A stretch of 64,000 nt of DNA from Obrimoposthia wandeli. Taxonomy: Eukaryota. Shown here in pieces: positions 37,956 to 48,622 of the stretch. How positions within the stretch are numbered: the first letter of the stretch is position 1; every line of letters starts with the position of its first letter. The translations under genes and the position numbers were made by a program. The stretch lies in NCBI GenBank assembly GCA_977020255.1, contig CDROCS010005173.1, positions 124,001-188,000 on the forward strand. Reading direction: 5' to 3'. The notes under the pieces were generated by a model, which saw only the letters and a list, made by a program, of their open reading frames with translations, had not been told where the DNA came from and did no database searches.

Positions 37956-38603
37956 TTATTTTTTATAATTGTTCTCTATTTGTTTATAAACAGTTACTCC
38001 CTTAGAATTAAATATGTCTGTTAAAACACGTAAATCATCTGGGCAAGCTTGTGTAAAGTCAATAAATATATACCCATGTGCTTGTTTAGCAGCATCGTGG
38101 AATGAATCAACTAAAAAGTTCTTATTTTGGGGAAATGCCTGTCTGGCCACAAAATCAACAACTGTTTGATCTCTAGGATTTTTAAATAAAACTAAGTAAT
38201 GTACATTAAGATTTCTTGTTCTATGGTGACCTCCTTGGTGAAACAGATTTTGAGTGATAAATATAACTGTTACTTCACGATGTCTTGCAATCTTTGTAAA
38301 TAAATTATTAAAGTCTGATTCCTTGTTAGCCTCCTCATACAAATCATTAATTATTATTACATCTTCTTTTTTCAATCTTTCACACCAATTTGCATCAAAT
38401 CCTTCAATAAATTTTATACCCTTCAACTTGCAAACTTCTGTTTTGGTTAACCCGCTTTCCCCTCCTCCACCAAGATGCCAATAAATATTTTTGAAACTAG
38501 ATTTGAAAAGAGATTCATTTTGCAACAATTTACAGACGAAATGTGTCTTTCCACTTCCACTTGGGCCAACTATTTGAAATACAGCATTATTATTTAGCTC
38601 CAT
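37956..38603 (-). CDS. A32/FtsK-type DNA packaging ATPase
   Basis: Walker A GPSGSGKT; Walker B VIIINDL (IIIDDL in copy 2); FTKIARHREVTVIFITQNLF; LFKNPRD; HGYIFID. Confidence 0.93.
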   Translation of the reverse strand: MELNNNAVFQIVGPSGSGKTHFVCKLLQNESLFKSSFKNIYWHLGGGGESGLTKTEVCKLKGIKFIEGFDANWCERLKKEDVIIINDLYEEANKESDFNNLFTKIARHREVTVIFITQNLFHQGGHHRTRNLNVHYLVLFKNPRDQTVVDFVARQAFPQNKNFLVDSFHDAAKQAHGYIFIDFTQACPDDLRVLTDIFNSKGVTVYKQIENNYKK

Positions 38604-38640
38604 TGCATATACTCTTTCATTTTTAATATTGTTTATATTA

Positions 38641-38913
38641 TCATAGAAGTTTCCTTATTGAAATGTACAATGTTAGAGCTATTGTAGATGAAATACAAAA
38701 ATTCATTAATGAATATTTGGCTATAATTTTATTTATTTGTGTACGATTTCTAAATTCTTGAATAACGTGTGATCTAACCAATATTTCAATGTTATCTCTT
38801 GTTATATCATTATTTTTGAATTCTGATAAAATTTATTTACCCTTAATTTTTCCAGAAAATATTTCGTTGGCAAGACGATCCACTTCATTGTCTCTATTTA
38901 TAGTATTATTCAT
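38641..38913 (-). pseudogene. Small unknown Polinton ORF (premature stop in copy 1)
   Basis: Homologous to intact ORF 56260-56541; GAA to TAA at 38833. Confidence 0.5.
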
Positions 38914-39443
38914 TTGAAACAATAAGTTTAAACGGGTTTGTTTATAGAAAAAAGATGACAAGATGTAATAAGATATATTTTCTAAAATCAAATCAACTAT
39001 GTCTGGATAATCAAAGTTTTTCAATCCCAATATCATAACTTTACCACTGGAAAATATATTTACACATAGCGGTTTAAACTTCAAATAACTGAGAGCAGGA
39101 AAAATTTCTGGTTCAAACATGCATTCTTCTTTCATTTTCTCTGCAGTTTTAAAAAGATTTATCTGTTTCCCGAGATTATCCGAAATCGTGATTGATTGTA
39201 TTGCAGTGATTTGAATTCCAAATGGTAAATTGAACCCAAGCATTGGTATTTTGCATCCCATAACACGACAATTTCCTAAAGAATTCAATATGAAAATAAA
39301 ATAAAAAACTAACCTGTAGGAAAAATAACAACAGTGAAATTGTCAAACTTTTCTACATATTGTCTCGGCTTCCATTCATTGAATGGTAAGTACGAAACAT
39401 CATCTTCTGTTCTACCTTTATAATTTATATTTACGAGTTTCAT
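38833..39443 (-). CDS. TBP (TATA-binding protein)-fold protein, two exons, encoded by the Polinton
   Basis: Exon 1 39443-39314, 38-nt intron 39313-39276, exon 2 from 39275. Repeat 1: LVNI...TVVIFPTGNCRVMG. Repeat 2: IQSITISDNLGKQINL...MFEPEIFPALSY..FKPLCVNIFSSGKVMILG (cf. TBP YEPELFPGLIY..KP.IVLLIFVSGKVVLTG). A 2-nt indel extends the C-terminus in this copy. Confidence 0.85.
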
Positions 39444-39539
39444 TAGACTGAAATTGTATTCTGTAAAATCTTCTTTATATATGTCTGAACCTGCTTTTTT
39501 ATTGCACGTTTCTTGTAATTATCTTGCAAACCTATTATA

Positions 39540-39725
39540 ATTGGATGATATATTTCTTCCAATCAAATTTGATTTTTAATATGGTTTTAGTCCAATCAAA
39601 TTTGATTTTTAATATGGTTTTAGTCCAATCAAATTCAATGCTTTAGTTATATTAACCAATGAGATTCATTTCTTTGTTAGAAATTAGTATAAAAGAATGC
39701 GCCATTGGAGGACAAATCACAGTAA
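39540..39725. promoter_or_regulatory. Divergent promoter region with phased CCAAT boxes and a TATA box
   Basis: CCAAT at 39559, 39592, 39625 and 39656; TATAAAAG at 39688; located between divergently oriented genes. Confidence 0.6.
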
Positions 39726-40214
39726 ATGCATTCATATCAAAGACAATTATCAACAATGGATGATAGCCAACGGGTATTAAGCGATGACGAAGAAATGTTT
39801 GAAGAATCGGATAAGGATATGTATGAAGAAGTGAAACAATATTTCAAATACAAAGTCAGATTCTTGAAGAAGGCTCAACTGATTGCTTTAGTAAATCCTG
39901 TGACAATTGAAAGAAGAAAGTTCAGCTACTATCTATCAGGTATTCAAAAACCTGATTTTCAATATCTTAAACAGAAAATAGAAAAGGCAGTTCCGAATTT
40001 TACTTTCAATAAGAACGAATTTTATATCCGAGGACCAGATGAAGCATTTCTAGATGACTATGGAAGATATCTTGATATTGATGCGTTTCCGAAAAAGAAG
40101 CAATGGACTGTAACAATTCGACTTTATGGTTACAAGAAGGATGAAATGGAACAAAGTTGCCTATGTGGAAAATTGAACGTACTCATATTTCTATGTTTTA
40201 ACTTTTGCGTGTAA
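39726..40214 (+). CDS. Unknown Polinton protein A (paralog of B; OB-fold SSB candidate)
   Basis: Acidic N-terminus, then FLKKAQLIALVNPVTI...WTVTIRLYGY. A 3' frameshift relative to copy 2 is present. Confidence 0.65.
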   Translation: MHSYQRQLSTMDDSQRVLSDDEEMFEESDKDMYEEVKQYFKYKVRFLKKAQLIALVNPVTIERRKFSYYLSGIQKPDFQYLKQKIEKAVPNFTFNKNEFYIRGPDEAFLDDYGRYLDIDAFPKKKQWTVTIRLYGYKKDEMEQSCLCGKLNVLIFLCFNFCV

Positions 40215-40333
40215 TAAATTGTAATCGGTTTTACTATGTTTCCTTCATTTAATAATCAGTTTTATTTGTATCTTATTTGTATCTTATGTGTATTTTTATA
40301 AACATTGTTTTTAATCAGTTTCCTTATTTTAGA

Positions 40334-40738
40334 ATGGATAAGAGATGTGTAGCAAATTTTTATTATCCAGAAAGAATTTCAAAAGGAAAACTATGTAATA
40401 TATTAAAGAGGCATCAAATTATACGAATTATGAATCCTGTGAAAATATCAAAAGTGGAGAAAAAATATCTCATCGAAATTTTAGTAACAACTGATTTTGA
40501 TCAACTGAAAAATATTTTGGGATTTTACATTCCTGATTATGTATATGAAGGAAATTGTTTCGAGCTTGAAACTGATCCCAGTCTGGATTTTAAAGATGAT
40601 CCAGGATATTTGATTGCTCCAATTCTAGATGAAGAACTATGGAATATCTCAATACGTGTGAATGGATATTTTGCTGGTGACGGGAAAATGCAGCCTCTCT
40701 AGACTTTGAGTGAAGCCAATATGTTGTTTTATGTTTAA
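40334..40738 (+). CDS. Unknown Polinton protein B (paralog of A; TGG to TAG nonsense at 40700)
   Basis: ILKRHQIIRIMNPVKI...WNISIRVNGY...QPL*TL; intact in copy 2 (57929-58333). Confidence 0.65.
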
Positions 40739-40989
40739 TAAATATTTTGAAAAATAATTTTGTCTCGTATTTTGTTTTTGCTCCTCTAAATTATATAGAT
40801 CTGACCGATTTTTCTCCTCTAAATTCTAAAACTGACATAGATATTTAACATGCAGTAATTTATTAATCTAAAATCTTTCTTAAAATAGTAGAAAATTTTG
40901 AAATCTCGTCTGCGAAAAGCCGCTGGGGTCAAAATGGATTCTCGTGGTCTTCTCTAACCACTTTTGAGTTTCATGGTAAAAGTTTAACA

Positions 40990-41326
40990 AATATGGTGGG
41001 GGGTACCCCCCTTCCTTCCCCCCTTTGAGTGGAATGGAGACACACATACACGAAATTTCACTCCACACACCTACACGAATTTTCACTCCGCACACATGCA
41101 TGAATTTTCACTCCACACACATGCATGAATTTTCACTCCACACACATGCTCGGTTTTAAAGGACAGTAGGGGGTCCCCTTCTTTCCCCCCTTTGGGTGGA
41201 ATGGATACACACATACACGAAATTTCACTCCACACACCTACACGAAATTTCACTCCACACACCTACACGGTTTTAAAGGACAGGAGGGGAGGGGGGTGTG
41301 GATTAGACCGGACACATTCACCTACT
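40990..41326. repeat. Right TIR/subterminal repeats of Polinton copy 1
   Basis: Duplicated ~170/110-bp blocks built of 25-bp units (TTTCACTCCACACACCTACACGAAA), ending in CACCTACT. Confidence 0.9.
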
Positions 41327-41345
41327 GACGTTTTGTGAGAGGGTT

Positions 41346-41745
41346 GTGGTTCTCCGATCATTTACTGTACTCGGTTTATATCGACGAGTTTTCAAATTGA
41401 TTACCTGTTCTCAATTTGTATTCTTCTGTTACTGTACTCAATTTGTATTCTTCTGTTACTGTGCTCGGTTTATATCGACGAGTTTTCTAATTTGGCTTGA
41501 ACGACTGACTTTCTCTCTTTTTCTCGGATGTGTTTTGTCTCAATTAATTTCTTTGTCTTATATAGCAAATTTTCCGACTTCTACTCTGCAAACAAAGGCT
41601 TTTAATCACTTAAAATTGAGTATTTGAGATTTACTTTTCCGTCTTTTTCTCGGATGATTTTGGCCTCAATTATTGCTTTGTCGTATATAGCAGATAACCC
41701 GACTTCTACTCTGCAAACAAAAGCTTTTAATCACTTAAATTTAAT
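41346..41745. repeat. Local tandem duplications flanking the Polinton right end
   Basis: TACTGT(A/G)CTCGGTTTATATCGACGAGTTTTC x2; TCAATTTGTATTCTTCTGTTACTGT x2; a ~90-bp block ending GCTTTTAATCACTTAAA x2. Confidence 0.65.
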
Positions 41746-43321
41746 TATTAAGTGCACTTACCCCCCTTGGAGCTTCGTGGACAATGCTCTAATTGATGAC
41801 TGCTGGTACGGATTCCACGAGTGCACTTATCTACTAATTTTCTTTAATTAGTCCTTTTAATCGGGATTAAATACTTCTTTCGATTAACTCTTTCTTTTTT
41901 AGGGCCCTTAATTATTCTTTTTAAAATCCTTATATACCTGCACATCACACATAACCTTCGTGGTCCTTAATATTTACTTCCCGTCTTAATTTTATTAATT
42001 TAATTTAATAATACACTTTTTATTTAATTTATAACCTTGCTTTCAAGGCTTTTATTTTGATATAAATTAGATCAATTATTTAATATTTATCAAATCCTAA
42101 TCCTAACACATATATACATTCTCGTGACCTTTCAAAGTCTCAATTTTTCAAGCTAAAAAGACACTTATTTTAATTTTTAACCTTCACTTGGGTCTTTTTA
42201 TTACTGTAAATATTTATATTTTCCTATCCTATTAAAACTCCCAAATAAATGTAACCGATATAATAAATTTTTCATATCCATAAACAAAGTTTTTTGCTTA
42301 GATCTGCTATGTATTGAATTATTTCCATCTCAAAGCGAGTCACCATTAATAACATGTTTCAAGTGTCCCCTGTTTCCTAGTACTTTTTAAGGGTACAATA
42401 AATGGTCATTTTTACGTAATCCGGTTTATTGTATAAACTGATACAAATTTTCCTAACTTTTTGCTTATGTTGTCTAATACAGTTTGGGGTCGCAAAGAAA
42501 CTGAATTGCACAAAATTGTCTATTTAGTTAAATTTACTGGTTAAAAATGATAATTTTATATTGAAAACAAAATTGAAACAGTAAGAGTTGTTGAACACAT
42601 TAGACAGTGTACACGTGTCTATTAAATTCTCATAAACAGATAGCGGTGCCCTAAATTTCAGAAGCTGTTCATTTTGTCAAGCACGTGATCTCGATATTAA
42701 AACAAATAAGTTTCACAAAGATGGTAAAATTTATATATTTTTGCTTGAAGTTCAACTCGTAATTCAAAATCACTTCCAGTACGGTAAAGTACTCTTCCTA
42801 ATATGTCATCTAACTTTTACAATTTGAATTTTTCCTCTCGTCTATTGATTACCAAGTCATTCGAATTATAAATTTAAAATATATAAGGTTTTTCAAAATA
42901 TCGTATACTATAAAAATTCTACTCACCATAAACCCCTAATACTATGTAGTTGTAACCAAATGTAGTCATGATTATCTGTAAACAGTTTCTTAAATAAAAG
43001 GATTCCACCATTGTTACAGTTTGAATATATGTCACTAGACACAGGACTTTGGTAAATTCCTTGGGCCCCATTTCCTGGCGGTCTTTTAGCTTGAAATGAT
43101 TATACTTTGACTGAAATTTAATTTGAACGTGTATATCATGCTAAATTTTCCAAAGAGATTCAGAAATGGGTGTTTATTGATGGAATTGTACAACTTCCTT
43201 AATAACATGTTTGTCAAATGGCAAACATATCTGAAAAAAATAATTTCATAATGCCGTAATGGGAGAGAAGAAAAGACAGTTGTAAAAAATTGATTGCTGT
43301 ATTAATGGCGGTATCTTTAGC

Positions 43322-46300
43322 CTAGGGCTCTCCGCGCTTGTGGAGATGGAGCGCATCGAGGTGTCTTTGTAGAAGAGATGGTTTGTCGGGTGTGTAGCAG
43401 GTGGGCGAGGGACACTGTATACGGGAGCGCAGGTGACAAGTTCGTTCCCCGGTGTGGCAGCGATGAAGGTGGTGGGCCATGAGATCGCCGTGCAGTGTGG
43501 AGAATCCGCACGCGCACATGAGGTAATGGCCACCGCGCCATATATCGGCTACTGATACCTGTATGCGTAAATGAGAGGATGATAATCATCAATCCTATAA
43601 AAGTCTCACCTGAGGCTGTAGTTTGCCCTGAATGGCGGTGGGAATACAGCGTGTCTTGTGACGACGCGCCTGGTTTGAGCAGCGAGTGTGATGCCCACAC
43701 TTGTCGCAACTCAGTAGTCGCTGGAAATGCTTGCCCAGAACTGTGGAATGAACCTGTTCACGACACTCTACACACACTTGACTGATGCTAAAGCTGCGTA
43801 CCGTCAGCCGACTTATGTCAACTAGCTGGTCGCCCACATTGAGCGACTTCTTCTGTGCGGATGCACTGTTGCTGCCTCCGGTCTGGGATCCGGAGCCTCC
43901 ACCTGCCCCCGGGGCCACTGTGTTTGCAGACGAGCCTTTCTCTGTCAGTGCAGCCACTGGGGTCGGAATCGCAAATGGAGTAGCCGCTGTCGAGGAGCTT
44001 CTGTACAACAGATTTTACATCATTTACCCGCTATAAGGTCCACTTCGTCAATTTTAGGTAGATCTTAGACCAACCGATTTATTGATTTAGAGTTCCCTCG
44101 GTGAATGGGTGGATTTCTATCTGCAGTTAAGTATCAGCTCTGATCAAGGTTATGTGGGGCTCATCGGATATAATGCACAAATTTCCCTGTACCGTGCAAA
44201 ATTTGTATATTAACCACAGTTATAACGTACACATATAATGCAAATGAAGTACACATTCCAAAGCCCGTATAAGCTACTCTACATGGTTATAGTGTATATT
44301 TAAATATATTAAAGAGGCAATCAACACTCAAATATATAAAACAATATTATAAAGATTTATCACTGTAACCTAGATTCTATGTGTTCCACAGGGTTATCCT
44401 TAGTATTTAGGAGAAATCTAGAAAATTAAAGATGAAGGCAAAAAGAAGTTTGAGAATATTCATTTCCACCTAGATGTTGATTCTAAATACAAATACAAGA
44501 TGACTGGAAATAAAACTGAGGAAATATTATATGATGCAAACTGTATTAAAGAGAAAAAAGTTTTATGTCAGTAAAAATATGATTTATTTTTAAAGTAAAA
44601 GAAGAACATTATTTGAGTAGACGATGAACACATTACAATGAACTGTCAATCACAAGTGATAACATCCAACAGTCCAATTAAAATGATTTATATGTTAAGA
44701 AAAGACCTTACTGCTGAGTCAACTAGAATGCTATCACATGTGTTTATTACAGAGGCTTGACTTTCCTATTTATTCGCTGTTTAACAGTTCAATTAAATCG
44801 TTTGCAAAATTAATAAACATAGTCTTCAAAATTATATGCAATACAAAGAAAAGTGCGAGAACAAGTGAACATTTAATGAAGCTTCATTGGCTGCCGATTA
44901 ATACCAAAATTGAAGATCGTACATATTATCAAAAATTATTTTCTCATAAAAGCCCAAATATCTATATGATCTTCTCAAACCCGTCGCAGTGAACCTGTAT
45001 ACGCAAGATTTAAGAATGCACTTGCTATTTGAAAGTAACTTAACTTTGTCAAATATATATCTTAAATATTAAAATAAAGCGTTTTCAAGTCCCCAGAAGA
45101 ACCACTCGTGGATGAGTTTTTGTGCGACTGCTTGCCTACCAAGACTGTAATGAGGATCATTCCTGTATAAGATGAGTCACAAAATAATGAAGCCCGATGT
45201 TGTGAATAGAATGTTTTTTTGTTATGAAACAGGTGTCCTTTAGGATACTTAATTTAATTACTAGGCGGAGTGAGTGTAAGGGAAACTAACCCGGAGTGGC
45301 CGACATGGAGACCGATGTGATCCACGGTACGGTGGAACATGAGTGCATGCTTGCTGATGAAGCGGAGCGCACACTTGTCACATGGAAACTGCTTGCGGCA
45401 GCTGTGGCGGTCCATGTGTTGCAGCAGCGGACATGGGTCCAGTGTGAGGGGATCCTCTGCGACTGGCTGCAATGAAAAGACAGCGGTACACAGCGGACAG
45501 AGCAGCTGATTGCTGCCGGCGTGCGCTGTCCGATAATGCTGCATCAGACGGCTGTGGAAAGAGCTTCGAAACTGGTGACAGATGCGGCACACATACGGCA
45601 TGTCGCTATGGACATGCTTCACCTGATGATGTTGCGCTAACTCCACTGCACTGCCGAACTCAATGAGACATATCTCGCAGCGCAGCAATGTAGAAGATCG
45701 GCTTCGACGGAAGTCGTTCAGAAAGCTGCAGTCCACTTCGTTCGCCTGTTGAATGCAAGGATCGACTTATTTTAGTGAATCAGACAAGATATACACTGTC
45801 TCGTCGGTGTTTGGGAGAAGTTGTGATTGCAATTCGTTAATGATTGTCAAAAATGTATTTAGTGAAATACAGAGTGATGCAGAAAATGATTTGATACAAC
45901 AGCAAGCTAAATAAAGTTTTATTCATTAATGCTTTATCTCCAAGAAACGTTTTTTGGCATTTTGAAACACGAGACGAGGCGTAGACATTTTAATTGATTA
46001 TTTGATAGTACTGCATACGATTTTGGAGCTCTTGATAAACGGAATCTTTCAACCGACATCATCAGAAGAAATGGCAAAAAAGAAGATCAGAGAGAACAAT
46101 GGCTATCATATGTTTTATTTTGTCGACATGATTTTGGAGGTCGATATTGAAAAGTTGTATTGCAACACTGGATAACTATTTTGATAGGGTATTATCTTAG
46201 CGACGCTTGCGATAAATAATAAGCTCCTTATTCTGGCAATATATGTTCTTATTCAGCTGTGAAAAGTTTGTCCAAACTGACCACTGCTGAATTAGACAAA

Positions 46301-47029
46301 TAATAGCTTATTTCTCAAAACTAATTTTCTTTGACACTCACTACTTTCTTTTGATATCTCCAGTTTCGGTAAATCGTTCCATCTATCCTCGTAATGTTGT
46401 ATAAGGTGTAAAGCCTCCATAACAAACTGATGAAAATATTTTCTTTCCCCCTTTTCGAATATATTTATTAAAAAAGTTGATTCTGAAAAAGTTTACTGAA
46501 TAGAGTTAATTTGAAAATTGTTATATCTATCAGTTACAGCAATAGTAATTTAATTTTTTTATTGCTCATTCTCTGTCATGGTCATTTTGATTCGTTTATA
46601 TGCATCACTATGTACCTATATTTTGCTGGGCGCCATATAACGTGTTGAAAAGTAGAGGATATCAAATTCAAAGAGTAGTTCTTACCTTAGGAAATATCAG
46701 AGCATCCAGGATGCCAAATTCTAGATCTAAGTGGTCACCTAGATGACGAATGTAGATGTAGTTGGCGAAATTCTGACCGCAAGTGCGACAGTTAACAGAG
46801 CACTGCCTGTCGTCAGAGCGTATCTGCATTACGGGGAAATGCTGACTGCGAATGTTACCGGACGAATCCTCGGTGTGGTAGTAGTACTGAAAGAGGTCCT
46901 TGTTGAGATATGTGGACTTTGGCTCATCCAAATCTGACTCTACGGTGGATTTAACAACAATGATGTCGTCCTCATCATCGTCGTCGATGGTTAAGTCCAC
47001 TTTATTGGAAATGTCTAGAGTTTGGGTAT
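43322..47029 (-). CDS. POGZ: POGZ/ZNF280-like C2H2 zinc-finger gene, 3' part (spliced)
   Basis: Exons 47029-46686, 45745-45291, 44000-43610 and 43558-43322 (TAG), phase-consistent. CEICLIEF..HHQVKH..DMPYVCRIC..RSS..H.RTAH...LLCPLC..VF and CDKCALRF follow the POGZ/ZNF280 array; CACGFSTLHGDLMAHHL matches the later finger. No transposase domain seen; the symbol indicates family only. Confidence 0.8.
44738..45060 (+). mobile_element. LINE ORF2 3' fragment, same family as 188-550, in an intron of the zinc-finger gene
   Basis: KSARTSEHLMKLHWLPINTKIE closely matches the 188-550 ORF. Confidence 0.7.
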
Positions 47030-48491
47030 CTGAAAAATGTTGCTAATCAATGATTCGTAGTGTTTAGTTTTTGTGTTTCACATTCAATTTATTATCTTGA
47101 CAGCTCTACATGAAGAATCTCTGACAGAAATTGTTAAAATCCGATGAAACAGATCATTTTAGTTGACATTTAATCGTTATTGACACTTTAAAATTATTTA
47201 ATACAAATATCGTAAACATATTTTTGTATTAAAATTGGGGATTTCAGCGATTTCTGTGTACATGTTTCGCAAATCAAATAAAAAAGTGATAACAAAGAGA
47301 GAATAAATTTAGTATAAGTTATGTAATCAAAATCTAATTCGACATTTGAATAAGCAGCCAAGAACTTCTAGCTCATCATATGTTCAAAAAGTTATTAGAA
47401 AATTGTGTTTCACATTTTGTTTGTTACAAATTGATGTGAAAATAATATGTGAAAATCTTTAAAAATAAAAAAATATTTAGCATGTTAACATTTTTAAATT
47501 CTATAAGATCTGTGAAATAAATCATATTCAAATACATAAAACACGTTTTCGAAATTGATACTAAAAGTAATCATGCCGTGTAAATTAATTAAATTTCTTA
47601 GGCACAGAAAACATTGAGGACCGTTATCCGTAGTTTTTCATGAGTATATTCCAGATCCGCTTTATCAAATATATAATTGCTAATATAAGTCAAATGTGTA
47701 ACGTCGTATACTAACTACTAAAATTCAGAATTTATATAGAAAAAATTAATATCAAATGTGAATATGAAAATAATTTATTTAAAAATTTAGACGAATTTTT
47801 TAAATTTCTAACAAAAATCGATAATTTTTTAATAAATTAGTAAAATTTAAAAAGTGAATGATAATCAAAGTAAAAAATATTTATCATAATTAGAAAAGCT
47901 GAAAAACACAAATTATTTAATAGACTTACATTGAATGGAATTATTTGATACTATTCCATTGCTATTACTGGATATCATGATCATATTATTTGAATTACGT
48001 TAATACAACAAAATCATTAAAATTTATTAATCTTTTATTGACAATGGCGAACTTGATATTTTAAAATTTCGCAATAGACTGTCAAAGTATTAAAACAAAA
48101 TATATAAAAATTAATAAAAAGTAAAATATCAAAAATAAACTAAAACTGCTAAATATTTTACAACATAATAACCAACAAAAAAACATTCGAGTTATATATA
48201 ATTATAAAATTAAATGATAAAATTTTAACAATTAGTGATACTTAACAAAGTAATTAAATTTAATTTGTTTAAGTTTTTATATTTTGGATTATTTGACAAG
48301 TGAAACAATGTGTAATATTGAATTATTTAAATTGAAAAATTACATAAAAATCACTTTTTATGCGAATTTTTGTTCATATAATTTTTTTGTTACGAATTTA
48401 TAACAATTTTAACAAATGCTTATAATTTCAATGGTTTGAATGACGTTTTAAAATACAAAAAATACATTTTATTTTCTTAACTGTAATTTAA

Positions 48492-48622
48492 AGTTATGTT
48501 TTATATCGTAGACATAATTCAAGACTTCGATTTCACAACTCAATTTATATTTTGAGTAATAAATATCAATTTTTGAACAAATTATTAAAAGTAAGATAAT
48601 TCCGGTTTCTGATTACATAACT
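48492..48622 (-). repeat. 3' LTR of gypsy element (131 bp)
   Basis: 8-bp terminal inverted repeats and adjacent polypurine tract. Confidence 0.88.

Larger units (their letters stand above)
26100..41326. mobile_element. Polinton/Maverick element, copy 1 (near full gene set; left boundary uncertain)
   Basis: pPolB, protease, major and minor capsid, integrase and ATPase genes in typical arrangement. The right terminus ends ...GGACACATTCACCTACT at 41326. No left TIR found, so the start coordinate is approximate. Confidence 0.93.

Noticed and set aside
47317-47329. AGTTATGTAATCA, identical to the gypsy LTR start, as the missing LTR piece or a solo LTR
   Set aside because: Similarity stops after 13 bp, the orientation and side are wrong, and no matching LTR end was found.
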